A DNA stretch of 63,286 nt, the filler included. It is 7 parts of 7 records of this genome, joined end to end, with 100 filler letters (N's around TTAATTAATTAA, not from the genome) between each part and the next. Parts side by side here need not be neighbours in the genome. Positions count along the whole stretch, not along the records: positions 48,713 to 56,835 come from SRR31156797_28241; positions 56,936 to 63,286 come from SRR31156797_28245; 5 more parts are not named here. The stretch is one strand, 5' to 3'. This document shows positions 48,745 to 59,149 of the stretch, piece by piece. Made by a program: the position numbers and the translations under genes. Each line of letters begins with the position of its first letter. Position 1 is the stretch's first letter. Below the pieces are notes generated by a model. The model had not been told where the DNA came from and ran no database searches. It was given only the letters and a program-made list of their open reading frames with translations.

Positions 48745-49425
48745 TTACCAAACAAAATTTATAAAACTTTCAAGAGTATTTTTATCGCGAATTGTGATTT
48801 GGTTTTTATTCATCTCAATAATACCTTGTTCTTTGAACTCAGATAAAGTTACCGAAAGAGTGCTTCGTGAACAACACAAATATTTTGCAAAAGCTGTAAG
48901 TGATTGTATATTTTTGATTTTAGCTCCGTTGAAAACAGCTCCCTCTTCCATAATGGCAAATCTTATAAGAGTACTGGCTAATTTACCTTTAAAGTCATTA
49001 AAGGTATTATCAGCTAGTTTTAGCATAAGTATCCGGAATTTTCGTGTAATACTATGGATAAGATATCTATAAAGTTTAGGATTTTTTGAAATCTCATTTT
49101 CCAGTAGTTCTGGATTAATAATTGAAATTTTAGTATTTTTGTTCATAACTTGGGTTAATTGACAGGCTTTTGCTCCTTCGAAATAATCCATCTCTCCGAA
49201 GATAGTCCCTGGAGGTAACATAAATAGTGAAAGAGATTTTCCGTCCTCACTGATTAATTCCTGTGCAACCATTCCATCAAGAACTATATAGATGTTATTA
49301 GTTGTTTCGGAGTTGATAATAGCTCCTTTAGAGTAGCTCTTTTGAAAGCCTTTAGGTGCTAATTCATTCAAAAAATAGTTAACCATATCACCTTGTAACT
49401 TACCGTCAAATAATTTTTCCAGCAT
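48745..49425 (-). CDS. Crp/Fnr family transcriptional regulator
   Basis: cNMP-like domain IYIVLDG..PGTIFGEM; HTH CSRSTLSVTLSEFKEQGII. Confidence 0.88.
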   Translation of the reverse strand: MLEKLFDGKLQGDMVNYFLNELAPKGFQKSYSKGAIINSETTNNIYIVLDGMVAQELISEDGKSLSLFMLPPGTIFGEMDYFEGAKACQLTQVMNKNTKISIINPELLENEISKNPKLYRYLIHSITRKFRILMLKLADNTFNDFKGKLASTLIRFAIMEEGAVFNGAKIKNIQSLTAFAKYLCCSRSTLSVTLSEFKEQGIIEMNKNQITIRDKNTLESFINFVW

Positions 49426-49492
49426 TGTAGCCTCCTATAGGCAAACAAACCACTATTTGCCCTCTTATTTCAATCATAGATACACTAAACAA

Positions 49493-49912
49493 CTATATGA
49501 TTTCAACTAACTTTTCTTTTAATTCTTTCCATTTACCGATAGGTATATAATTAGAGTTTTTGTTATTCAGGAGTTTTTTGTTGTAGATATATGTATCAGC
49601 ACATACTTTCTCTCCATTTTCAAAATAGATACAGATATTTGATCTTATGTATTCACTATTCTCCGTATTGTTTTTATCAAAATTTTCTAAGTGATCAATT
49701 TTTTTAATCTGCTTATCAAATTCAGCAAGTTCATAAACTTCACCATAAATTATATCATTTCCTTCAATCATAGCAGGATAATTTTCATTGATTAAATGAA
49801 ACATTTTTCCATATGTAATAGCTTTTCGTTTAGAAAGAAATTTTCCTTTTATTAATTTATGGTTTCGTCCTTTTTCTTTTAGGGTTCCATATACAAATAA
49901 TAAATTTTCCAT
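49493..49912 (-). CDS. Gamma-glutamylcyclotransferase family protein
   Basis: LFVYGTLK, YPAM, GEVYE, IDHLE, YIR. Confidence 0.88.
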   Translation of the reverse strand: MENLLFVYGTLKEKGRNHKLIKGKFLSKRKAITYGKMFHLINENYPAMIEGNDIIYGEVYELAEFDKQIKKIDHLENFDKNNTENSEYIRSNICIYFENGEKVCADTYIYNKKLLNNKNSNYIPIGKWKELKEKLVEII

Positions 49913-49913
49913 C

Positions 49914-50555
49914 TTAATGCGTTTTCCCTGCTGTTAATTTGATGTCTTCATCAACTGTAGCAGAGGTTTCAACGATGATTCTTAATGCTTCTGAGATTAC
50001 CTCCAGAGACATACTTGCTTGATTAGCTTTGTCAGTTACCTGCTCAGGTAGAAACGGCACATGTATAAAACCACCTTTAATATTTGGGAATTTTTTATTA
50101 ATTAAGTATAAAACACCATATAAAATATTATTACATACAAATGTTCCGGCTGTATTTGATACAGAAGCAGGGATATTATTTGCTTTTAACTCCTTAACAA
50201 TTGATTTGATTGGTAAGTTAGAGAAATATGCATTCTCTCCATCTGATTTAATTGCAGTATCAATAGGCTGATTATTTTTATTATCAGGGATTCTTGCATC
50301 GTTAATATTTATTCCTACACGTTCAATAGTTATATCCGGTCTTCCTCCGGCCTGTCCTGTGCATATAACAATATCAGGATTAAGCTCTTGTATAGTTTCA
50401 TCAACAGTATCGATACACTCACCAAATACTGTAGGAATTTCTCTTTTTATTAGTTCAATATTATTATTCTCTAATTTTACTTTCTTAACGGCTTCATATG
50501 ATGGGTTAATTTTAGCTCCTCCAAATGGATCAAAACCAAAAAGTAAGACTCTCAT
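49914..50555 (-). CDS. pcp: Pyroglutamyl-peptidase I
   Basis: GFDPFGG..NPS; catalytic triad in IERVG, AGTFVCN and GFIHVP. Confidence 0.95.
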   Translation of the reverse strand: MRVLLFGFDPFGGAKINPSYEAVKKVKLENNNIELIKREIPTVFGECIDTVDETIQELNPDIVICTGQAGGRPDITIERVGININDARIPDNKNNQPIDTAIKSDGENAYFSNLPIKSIVKELKANNIPASVSNTAGTFVCNNILYGVLYLINKKFPNIKGGFIHVPFLPEQVTDKANQASMSLEVISEALRIIVETSATVDEDIKLTAGKTH

Positions 50556-50657
50556 AAATACTCCTCCTTGTCTATTTTTTTAAGTCAAAAAGATTTATTT
50601 TAACTTTGTAAAAAAATATCTATCAAATTTCTCTTTGTTTTTATATTATTTATTTTT

Positions 50658-51575
50658 TTAAAATGCCAGTATGTACATTAGAAAAATATGTGTAATTAAT
50701 AAAGCTATTGCAAACGGTGCCTGAGATATAATTACTCTATTTTCATTTTTAGTATTTAATATTGCTGCAGGAACAATATTGAAATTTGCAGCCATAGGTG
50801 TAAGCAGAGTTCCGCAATAACCTGCTGTCAGAGCCAGTGCTCCTGCTACAGCCGGATTAGCTCCTTGAGAATAAACAAATGGCATTCCGATACCTGTCGT
50901 GATTACAGCAAAAGCAGCAAATGCATTTCCCATAATCATTGTAAATAATGCCATACCAAGACAGTAAGCAGTAATACCGGCGATAATATTCCCTTCAGGA
51001 ATAACTCCACCAATTGAATCAGAGATGATTTGTCCAACTCCGGCTTTATTAAATAATGCTCCAAGAGCAGTTAATAACTGAGGTAAAATAGCTGATGCAC
51101 CAACACCAAGAAGTAATCTGGCACCTTCATGATGAATATTTTTTGGATTTGATTTTGTCATAGCCATACCGATAACAAGAGATATAAAAGCACCAATTCC
51201 AAGCCCTACTAAACTTCCAAGACTTTTTACGTATTGCGCAATTGCAAATGCAGTAATCCCTATTGTTACGGCAGGTAAAAAGATCTTGTTTCCCAGTCTT
51301 TCAGCATCAATTTTTCTTTCACTCTCTTTTGCAGTCTCCATTGATCCGTTTGCTACTCTGTTTAGTGCAGCAATGAATCCAATTACTAAAATAAGAATAC
51401 CGACAACATATCCGGGGATATATTTTCCAAAAATAAACATTCCTCCAAATAAGCCCCAAAATGCAGCTGTCTCTTTTGGATACGGATGTTTTTCATCTTT
51501 TAAAGCAGCAACCGCTGCTGATATAGCAACTAAACCTGTTAAAATATACATTATTTCTAAAAGAATAGCTTTCAT
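50658..51575 (-). CDS. DUF979 family membrane protein (putative 5-oxoproline transporter subunit)
   Basis: Multi-TM; LPQLL, MALFTMIMGNAFAAF, GYCGTLLTPMAANFNIVP. Confidence 0.88.
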   Translation of the reverse strand: MKAILLEIMYILTGLVAISAAVAALKDEKHPYPKETAAFWGLFGGMFIFGKYIPGYVVGILILVIGFIAALNRVANGSMETAKESERKIDAERLGNKIFLPAVTIGITAFAIAQYVKSLGSLVGLGIGAFISLVIGMAMTKSNPKNIHHEGARLLLGVGASAILPQLLTALGALFNKAGVGQIISDSIGGVIPEGNIIAGITAYCLGMALFTMIMGNAFAAFAVITTGIGMPFVYSQGANPAVAGALALTAGYCGTLLTPMAANFNIVPAAILNTKNENRVIISQAPFAIALLITHIFLMYILAF

Positions 51576-51578
51576 AAA

Positions 51579-52268
51579 TTACTTCGCCTCCTCAGATAAC
51601 TGTTTACGCTTTAATCTTTTGTTTAATTTCATATCTAAAAGCATATATTGAATAGTTGAGTATAGAAATGCAGCAATTGCAATCGGAAATGATGCTTTTG
51701 CAACTTCTAAAGGAACTATCTGTATACCTAAGCTATCTAATGTTCCTACTATTAAAAGAACCCCTCCGGCTGCCGGAAATACATTTTGTCCGAAAAAGTT
51801 TCCATAGTTTTCTGAAGCTGCGGAATGTCCTTTCATTATATCTTCCGATAATTCGTCGACCTCTTCATAGTTTTTTTCTGCAGCACCTCTAACCATAGGT
51901 TGAACCAGTGGTCTGATAAACTGAACATGTCCACCTAATCTTAGTGAAAGCATAGCTGCAATCTCTCTTATAAAAGTATATATTGTTAAAACTCTTCCAG
52001 GTGTTACAGATTTGATAGATTTAATAAGTGTAGTAGATCTTTCTCTAAGCCCGTGTCTTTCCAAAATACCTATTACAGGTAAAGTGATAAAGAAAATAGT
52101 CATATATCTTGTTTTGATAAATGTAGTACCTAATATATCCAAAACTGTGATAAAATCGATCCCACTAACCAAACCTGTGACTATTCCCGCTGCCAGAACA
52201 ACTGCAATTGGATTATATTTTCTAATAAATCCAATTAAAATAATTAAAATACCAATTAACTTAATCAT
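51579..52268 (-). CDS. DUF969 family membrane protein (putative 5-oxoproline transporter subunit)
   Basis: LPVIGILERHGLRE, LGGHVQFIRPL, ENYGNFFGQN. Confidence 0.88.
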   Translation of the reverse strand: MIKLIGILIILIGFIRKYNPIAVVLAAGIVTGLVSGIDFITVLDILGTTFIKTRYMTIFFITLPVIGILERHGLRERSTTLIKSIKSVTPGRVLTIYTFIREIAAMLSLRLGGHVQFIRPLVQPMVRGAAEKNYEEVDELSEDIMKGHSAASENYGNFFGQNVFPAAGGVLLIVGTLDSLGIQIVPLEVAKASFPIAIAAFLYSTIQYMLLDMKLNKRLKRKQLSEEAK

Positions 52269-52566
52269 TGTCGACCTCCTATTAGTTTTATATATGATAT
52301 TTTATGATAGAATTAATTAATCGAATGTACTCTAGCGAACGTTTTAAGTGTTTTTTTATATAAAATTAAAAAAAATGCTCAAAATCAGATCGAAATATCT
52401 TTATTTAGATCAAATAATATAAAGTGAGTGAAAAAAATAAAAGTAAAGTTTGTATGAATATTTGTTGTACAACACAAAATTGACTAAAATTAATAATTTA
52501 TTTTGAAATTTTATAAAATTTTAAGATTTAATACCGAAATATAATTACATAATAAACGATGTTATA

Positions 52567-52595
52567 TTGAAAAAAAGATATGAATATGGTATAAT
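52567..52595 (+). promoter_or_regulatory. Sigma-70 promoter of yajC
   Basis: TTGAAA-N17-TATAAT with an extended TGn; GGAGG RBS follows. Confidence 0.75.
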
Positions 52596-52627
52596 TTTAG
52601 TCAGAAAAAACTGGAGGTATATAACTT

Positions 52628-52936
52628 ATGCTAAATGAATTTGTTGCTTATGGTGCAGAAGGCGGAGCTGGAGCAGCTGGATTAATAACTATGCTGCCGA
52701 TGATAGCTATCTGGGGAGTTGTAATCTACTTTATGATGATCAGACCTCAGAGAAAAAAGGCAAAAGTCCATAAGGAGATGCTTGATTCTATTAAAACAGG
52801 AGATCAATGTGTAACTGTTGGAGGAATCATGGGAGAAGTTGTATCTATTAGTGACGAAACTGTAGTTTTAAGGGTAGATAAAGGTGTTAGAATTACTTTC
52901 AAAAGGACATCAGTTACAGGAGTTAACAAGAAATAG
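52628..52936 (+). CDS. yajC: Preprotein translocase subunit YajC
   Basis: One TM, YFMMIRPQRKK, GDQCVTVGGIMG. Confidence 0.93.
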   Translation: MLNEFVAYGAEGGAGAAGLITMLPMIAIWGVVIYFMMIRPQRKKAKVHKEMLDSIKTGDQCVTVGGIMGEVVSISDETVVLRVDKGVRITFKRTSVTGVNKK

Positions 52937-52947
52937 ATAACTTGAAT

Positions 52948-52980
52948 GGCGGACTAAAATTAAATTTAGTCTGCTTTTTT
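52948..52980 (+). terminator. Rho-independent terminator after yajC
   Basis: GCGGACTAAA-ATTAAA-TTTAGTCTGC followed by TTTTTT. Confidence 0.75.
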
Positions 52981-53032
52981 AAAGTTACAGTTATAAATAT
53001 CTTTTGAGTTAAAGTTTTTAAGGAGAAATAAA

Positions 53033-54061
53033 ATGAAAAAAATAATATTGGGACTTATGTTAATTTTGTCAAGTATCAGTTTAGCCGGTATTTCTAATAT
53101 AAAAAATATGAGATTTAACAATGCTCCTGCGCAGTTGGTCTTAGATATAGATGGTTCTACAATGCCAAAGTATAGTGTTAATTACGACGAAGGTAGTAGA
53201 TTAATGTTTGTTGAGTTTGAAAACTCAAAAGTAGCTTCGAAAATTTCGAGTCAGCTAAACAAAAGTGATGGATTTGTTGAAAAAGTAGAGTATATGGAGA
53301 TAGCAGCCGGACTGGTAGGTTTCTTCATTACTTTAGAGGATGATGTACAGTACAAAGTAAGTACAAGAAATAATCCTATGCGATTTGTATTAGATTTCAA
53401 AAAACAGGGTAGTGATAAACCTATAATAGTAATTGATCCCGGACATGGCGGAAAAGATCCTGGTGCTGTAAACGGTAAATATTATGAAAAAAACTTAGTT
53501 CTTCAAGTATCAAAAATTTTAAAAGAGAAATTAAAAAAAGATTTTACAATTATACTGACAAGATCAAATGATACTTTTATCTCACTAGGAGGAAGAAGCA
53601 GAGTCGCAAATAAAAATAATGCTGATCTTTTAGTTAGTGTTCATGCTAATGCAAGCCCCAGTAAATCAGCTACAGGTTTTGAAATATTCTATTACTCAAA
53701 GAAGCAGAGTGAATATGCAAAAAAACTGGCAGCCTATGAAAATAGTGTTGATAAAAAATTCGGAATAAAAGAGAGTCAAACAGAGATGATAGTTAACGAT
53801 ATATTTTATAGACAAAATCAGGAGAGGTCAGCGTATCTGGCTAAACAGATTTTGGAAACTTATCCAAATAAATTAGGAATGAAAGATAGAGGGAGCCATG
53901 GAGGTAATTTAGCTGTTCTGAGAGGATCTCAATGCCCGTCGATTCTTATTGAAATTGGATTTATAAGTAATAACTCTGAAGCAGCGAAAATGTTCCAGAG
54001 AAGTAATCAGAATAAAATGGCAGATTCTATTGCAAAATCAATCAGGGCATATTTTAAATAA
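53033..54061 (+). CDS. N-acetylmuramoyl-L-alanine amidase (Amidase_3 with AMIN-like N-terminus)
   Basis: Signal peptide; IDPGHGGKDPGA, EKNL, SVHANA, LIEIGF. Confidence 0.92.
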   Translation: MKKIILGLMLILSSISLAGISNIKNMRFNNAPAQLVLDIDGSTMPKYSVNYDEGSRLMFVEFENSKVASKISSQLNKSDGFVEKVEYMEIAAGLVGFFITLEDDVQYKVSTRNNPMRFVLDFKKQGSDKPIIVIDPGHGGKDPGAVNGKYYEKNLVLQVSKILKEKLKKDFTIILTRSNDTFISLGGRSRVANKNNADLLVSVHANASPSKSATGFEIFYYSKKQSEYAKKLAAYENSVDKKFGIKESQTEMIVNDIFYRQNQERSAYLAKQILETYPNKLGMKDRGSHGGNLAVLRGSQCPSILIEIGFISNNSEAAKMFQRSNQNKMADSIAKSIRAYFK

Positions 54062-54091
54062 AATTTCGTTTGAAATCTTAGGCGGTGTAAT

Positions 54092-54688
54092 GTGAGAAAA
54101 CATATAATAATTTTAGCTCTTATAGGAATATTTGTCTTATTTACAGGACTTGAATATAAAAAGTATGTTGTAGATTTTGATTATACTAAAACAAAGTCTG
54201 TATATACTCCGGAGGAAAAAGAAAAAAACTTCGAATATGAGACTATAGAAATATTTGTCCCTGTACTTACAATGGATAAATTAGAGAAAAAAAGAGTTAA
54301 AATTCTGAAAACACAGGATAAAAACAAAAAAATTAGATTAATTTACAATAAAATAGTTGAAAATTCTAAAGAATTAGACGATAGTATAAATGAGGAGTCT
54401 AAAAATACAACTGAGGTTTCTGAAGTAAAAGAAGCTTTGTTTTTTAATAAAATTAAGCTTTTAGACGTTTTTTTAAGAGATGACAAGGTTTATTTGAATT
54501 TTGATTCAAAACTTAGAAACAGTATAGTTTCGCAAAAACAAGAACTTCTTATTATATACTCTTTAGTCAACAGTGTTACAACGGTTAGAGGAATTGATAA
54601 AGTTAGAATTTTGATTAATAATAAAAGTGTTAAAACTCTTAAGTTTTATAATATTTCTGATTTTTTTGAGAGAGATACATCGATTTAA
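54092..54688 (+). CDS. GerMN-domain membrane protein
   Basis: N-terminal TM; VYLNF..ELLIIYSLVNSVT..VRILIN; follows the amidase. Confidence 0.8.
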   Translation: MRKHIIILALIGIFVLFTGLEYKKYVVDFDYTKTKSVYTPEEKEKNFEYETIEIFVPVLTMDKLEKKRVKILKTQDKNKKIRLIYNKIVENSKELDDSINEESKNTTEVSEVKEALFFNKIKLLDVFLRDDKVYLNFDSKLRNSIVSQKQELLIIYSLVNSVTTVRGIDKVRILINNKSVKTLKFYNISDFFERDTSI

Positions 54689-54699
54689 AGGAGAAAACT

Positions 54700-56049
54700 A
54701 TGTTATTAACATTAGCGCTATTAATATTAGCAACATTTATATTCTTAGTTTATTTAATGATTTTTTATGGTAGGCAGGCTATTTTTGGTGACGCCATGAG
54801 ATTTTATAAACAAGGTGAAACAGAAAAAGCCATTAAAAGTTTAAAAAGCTATAAAGCAGCAAGACCTTCAGATATTAGAGCAAAAAAAGTTTTGGGGAAA
54901 ATCTATTATGACCAAGATAATTTTGTTGATTCTTTGAAAGAGTTTATTAGTATAACTCTTAGTAGAAAGGCAAATCCGGACGAGAAGGCTGAAGCTTATG
55001 CAATGATAGCAAAAATCTACATGGAACAAAAAGAGTTTCCTAGAGCAACAGAATCAGTAATTGCAGGTTTAAAGGCAAATCCTAAAAGTCCGTCTCTTTA
55101 TTGTTACTTAGGGCAGATTTATGCATTAATGGGTAAAGAAAAAAAAGCTATCAGAGTATTTAACGAGTCATTAAAAATAGATAGAACTCATATTCAGACA
55201 AGATTGGAACTGGCAAAACTACATATAGCATTAAAGAATAGATTTAAGGCCAGATTTCAATTTAGGAAAATACTTGAGATTAATCCAAATAATGATGAAG
55301 CCAGATTTGAACTTGCTAGACTTCTACATGAAGAGGGAGAAGTTGACGAAGCTGCTGAAATCATGGAACAATTAAGAAATATAAACGGAAGAGAAAGAGA
55401 ATACTATACTGCACTTTACGAATATCATAAGGAACAGGGAAATATCGAAAGAGTTGAATTTTTGATAGGAAAAATGCTTGAACTTGCGGAGGTATTCCCG
55501 GATCTTATTGCAATTCTTAAATATGATAAAGGGATGATATTAGAAGGCAAAGGTGATTTAGAAGGAGCCTATGAAGTATATAAAGAAGTAAAGGATATTA
55601 ATCCGAGATATATGGATATAGAAAACCGACTTCAAAATCTGACAAAGACCTTATACCCTGATGAATATAAGAAAATGTTAGAGGGAATTGATTATAACGA
55701 ACTTAATCCATATCAGCTTTCTCAGGTATTTGAAACTATAATTGAGAGATTAGGATTAAAAATTACTTATGAAATTGAATCAAAAGCTGATAAATTTGCA
55801 GCTATGGCATCAGATCAAATGAATCCAAAAGATAAATTCTTAGTTCAGCTTATGGTTATGCCGAGAGCTACGAATGTAAGGGATCTTCAAATCTTCTTAA
55901 CACAATTTGAGGATTATAAAGCAACAAATGGTATATTTATTACTACAAATACATATAATGATCAAGCGGTTACATATGCTGAAAGTGTTCATAACCTTGA
56001 AATACTTGATAAAGTCCATATGTACGACCTTGTTGGGGAAGTTACCTGA
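54700..56049 (+). CDS. Membrane-anchored TPR protein with C-terminal Mrr-like restriction-endonuclease fold
   Basis: N-terminal TM, multiple TPRs, C-terminal FETIIERLG..FLVQ..GIFITTNTYNDQAVTYA..LEILD. Confidence 0.75.
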   Translation: MLLTLALLILATFIFLVYLMIFYGRQAIFGDAMRFYKQGETEKAIKSLKSYKAARPSDIRAKKVLGKIYYDQDNFVDSLKEFISITLSRKANPDEKAEAYAMIAKIYMEQKEFPRATESVIAGLKANPKSPSLYCYLGQIYALMGKEKKAIRVFNESLKIDRTHIQTRLELAKLHIALKNRFKARFQFRKILEINPNNDEARFELARLLHEEGEVDEAAEIMEQLRNINGREREYYTALYEYHKEQGNIERVEFLIGKMLELAEVFPDLIAILKYDKGMILEGKGDLEGAYEVYKEVKDINPRYMDIENRLQNLTKTLYPDEYKKMLEGIDYNELNPYQLSQVFETIIERLGLKITYEIESKADKFAAMASDQMNPKDKFLVQLMVMPRATNVRDLQIFLTQFEDYKATNGIFITTNTYNDQAVTYAESVHNLEILDKVHMYDLVGEVT

Positions 56050-56052
56050 TTT

Positions 56053-56096
56053 AAACCGCCTCTCGAAAATATTGCTTTCGAGAGGCGGTTTTTCTT
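56053..56096 (+). terminator. Rho-independent terminator
   Basis: AAACCGCCTCTCGAAA..TTTCGAGAGGCGGTTTTTCTT. Confidence 0.85.
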
Positions 56097-56184
56097 CGTT
56101 TTCAGTATAAAATATGATATTATAAGCTTGAGATGCTGATAAAATTTACTCTAAAAGAAATATTAGTAATAAAGGAGTTTATGT

Positions 56185-56766
56185 ATGTCTAAACATGAAG
56201 AAGTAATATCTGAAATGAAAAAGAAGTTGAAACATTTAATCAGTGAAAAGAGATATAAGCATAGTTTAGGAGTAGCGGAGACAGCTGTTGAACTGGCAAA
56301 GCATTATAGAGTTGACGTAAAAAAAGCTGAAATAGCAGGTTTGATTCATGATATATCCAAGCATTTTACAGTTGATGAAATGAAAAATTTTGTTAGAAAA
56401 AATCAATTGATTGATGAGAATAGCTCTGATGTGGTACTTCACGGTTTAGCAGGGGCAATTTATTCAAGAAATATATTTAATATAGGTGATGCGGATATAC
56501 TCAATGCAATAAGATATCATACTATAGGCAGAAGAGGTATGAGTGATCTGGAAAAGATAATTTATATAGCTGATGCTATTGAACCGGGAAGAGATTATCC
56601 CGGTGTTAAGAAATTACGAAAAGAGGCTTTTAAGAATCTGGATAGCGCAATGCTAATAGAAGCAAATAAAAAGTTAATTATGCTTATAGAGAAAAATAGA
56701 ACAATTCATTTGAGCACAGTAGAAATGAGAAACTGGCTTAATGAAAAAGTAAAAAAACAGAAATAA
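56185..56766 (+). CDS. yqeK: Bis(5'-nucleosyl)-tetraphosphatase YqeK (HD domain)
   Basis: KRYKHSLGVA, LIHDISK, LHG, IRYHTIG, IYIADAIEPGR. Confidence 0.9.
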   Translation: MSKHEEVISEMKKKLKHLISEKRYKHSLGVAETAVELAKHYRVDVKKAEIAGLIHDISKHFTVDEMKNFVRKNQLIDENSSDVVLHGLAGAIYSRNIFNIGDADILNAIRYHTIGRRGMSDLEKIIYIADAIEPGRDYPGVKKLRKEAFKNLDSAMLIEANKKLIMLIEKNRTIHLSTVEMRNWLNEKVKKQK

Positions 56767-56835
56767 ATTTTATTTTTTTATCTGATAACAAAAGATAGAT
56801 TATGATATATAAATTCTAATTAGTTTCTGGTACAG

Positions 56836-56935
56836 NNNNNNNNNNNNNNNNNNNNNNNNNNNNNNNNNNNNNNNNNNNNTTAATTAATTAANNNNNNNNN
56901 NNNNNNNNNNNNNNNNNNNNNNNNNNNNNNNNNNN
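56836..56935. other. Artificial contig linker
   Basis: N-run with TTAATTAATTAA. Confidence 0.97.
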
Positions 56936-57963
56936 AAAACGGCGCTGGGAATAACCGAATAGTCAATGGTTTTTTGATTGCCGGTGATAATATTTACAGC
57001 CGCCGTCTTGCCCTGCTCGTCCGCCACAGTGGCCAGCATGGGGCCGGACGCAGCACAATCTCCCACCGCATACACTGCGGGATTGGACACACTTTGCAAA
57101 AACGCATTTACCACAACTCCCCGGGCCTCTGTCTTTACAGCGCCATGGCCCCCTTTCAATGCAGTCAGATTGGGCAGGCGACCTGTTGCCTCAACAATCA
57201 GGTCGGTTTCATATGATGCACCGGTGGCCCCTTTGAGCAGGAGTCCGGAAGTATATTTTTCAACCGATACAGGCGTTTCGTTTAACACAATATCAATCCC
57301 CTCGGCCTGGCTGGCCCGGACAATTGTTTGGACAATATCCCGGTCAAAGGCCTTTAACGGCCGCCGGGACCGGTGCACAATGGTGACCTGGCGACAGCCT
57401 GCCCGGATGGCCACATGGGCAAATTCAAATGAGATATATCCGCCACCGATAAACACCATACGTTCCGGCAGATGGGCAAGATCCAGAAAGGCGTCACTGT
57501 CTATGACATGCTCAGCACCCGATATCGGTGAGCGCCGGGGGACGGCACCGGCTGCCAGAATAATGTATGGGGCCGAAAGAGTGTCTGAATTGACCCGGAT
57601 CGCATTGGGTCCGGTCATGACGGCCCGGCCCGAAAAAGTGGCCACCCCCCTTTTTTTCCAGGTTTTGACCTCTGCCTCTGAACGGCCGTCGAGAAACCGA
57701 TTTTTAAGCATCTGCAGGGCCTGCCAGTCTGTGCGTGCAGTTCGATCAATGCCCTGGCCCAGCAGGTGGCGGCTCATGGCGATGGCCTCGGCATTGGAAA
57801 CCAGATATTTCTTGGGCTGGCATCCACGGAGCGCACATGTTCCCCCAAAGGGTTGCTCATCAATCATGGCGATGCTGAATCCATGGTTGATTAATCCATC
57901 CGCCGCATAATATGCAGAGGTTCCCGATCCCAGGACAATCGCATCAAATCTTTGTTCGGTCAT
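56936..57963 (-). CDS. Pyridine nucleotide-disulfide oxidoreductase (glutathione reductase-like), 3' partial
   Basis: VLGSGTS, redox motif GGTCALRGCQPKK, IGGGYISFEFA, YAVGD. Confidence 0.88.
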
Positions 57964-58161
57964 TTCGCCACCATGTTTGAAAAAATGAATTCAGTGTAAA
58001 ATTTAAGCCTACCTTATTTTTTCCAGAAGTCAAAGGGTTGAAACTTGAAATGCCTGTCTTAGCTTTTCAGGTATCGCGCATTGATTTCCAGGCAAAGGGC
58101 AGGGAATCGCTTGAAGCGCATAAAAAATCAACTGACTTGTCCTGGGCCAAAAGGAATTGAT

Positions 58162-59067
58162 ATGACGACACTTTCCAAAAACGGCCTGGTTGATTTATCT
58201 CTTGACATCAACTATAAAAAAACGGCATCCGTCACTCGGACCGGTATTTTGCAGACCACCTCAATTGCTGGCGGGACATTTTTCCGGGCAGCCCCCTTGA
58301 AATCCTCTTTGAGAGGGATATAGACCGGACCATAACCGTTTATGCAAAGCCCATTGACCTTGCCTTATCCGGTCCTGGGATGCAGACCCGGACCACCGGC
58401 CGGCCATGGGATTTTTCTTCGGACGGATTCTTCGACAAAAGGGATCCGGGGCCTGATTCAAATTTCTATGCAAGGAACAGATTCGTTCACCATATTGACA
58501 GCCGGGCCCGGCTGGAACTGACGGACATATACCGGATGGTTGTTCATCCGAAAGACAAGGTCCTGGACCTCATGGCCGGTTGGCAATCCCATATTCCTGA
58601 TGATCCGGGTCCTGGTTATATTCATGGTGTCGGGCTTAATGTCAACGAGCTTATCAGCAATCCGGCGATTTCCGCACATACGGTGCAGGATCTGAACACC
58701 ACCTCCTGCCTGGCATTTAATGACCATGAATATGATGGTGTCGTCTGCTCATTGTCTGTCGAATACCTGACAAATCCCATGGCCGTTTTCAAAAAGGTGA
58801 CACGGATTTTAAAACCCGGGGGGGACATTTGCCGTCACCTTTTCAAACCGATGGTTTGCTGAAAAAACCATAGGGATCTGGAAAAATCTTCATGATTTTG
58901 AACAGATGGGTCTGGTAACGGAATACTTTATCGAATCCGGCGGGTATGACAGAATTTCAACGATCTCGTCCAGAGGATATCCCAGGCCCCATGACGACCG
59001 TTATTTCCCGCAATCAAGTCAATCAGACCCACTTCATGCCGTGATCGGCCAAACCCAAACCCCATAA
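58162..59067 (+). pseudogene. Class I SAM-dependent methyltransferase, twice frameshifted
   Basis: ATG 58162 with AAGGA. A shift at A7 (58216-58222) enters the frame GIRHSDRYF..NCWRDIFP..VLDLMAGWQSH..CSLSVEYL..LKPGG. A shift at G7 (58818-58824) continues TFSNRWF..DPLHAVIG to TAA 59067. Confidence 0.75.
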
Positions 59068-59149
59068 GAATGCCGGATGAGGTATCAGGGGATTTGAGAT
59101 CCCCCCCATTCAACTTGGCTTTTCAGCCGGGGTCAACAAGCGGAGGCGT

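Noticed and set aside
7088-56935. Six identical N-run/TTAATTAATTAA elements as a biological repeat, and any synteny across them
   Set aside because: They are artificial contig joiners. ORFs containing X runs and gene adjacencies across them are artefacts.
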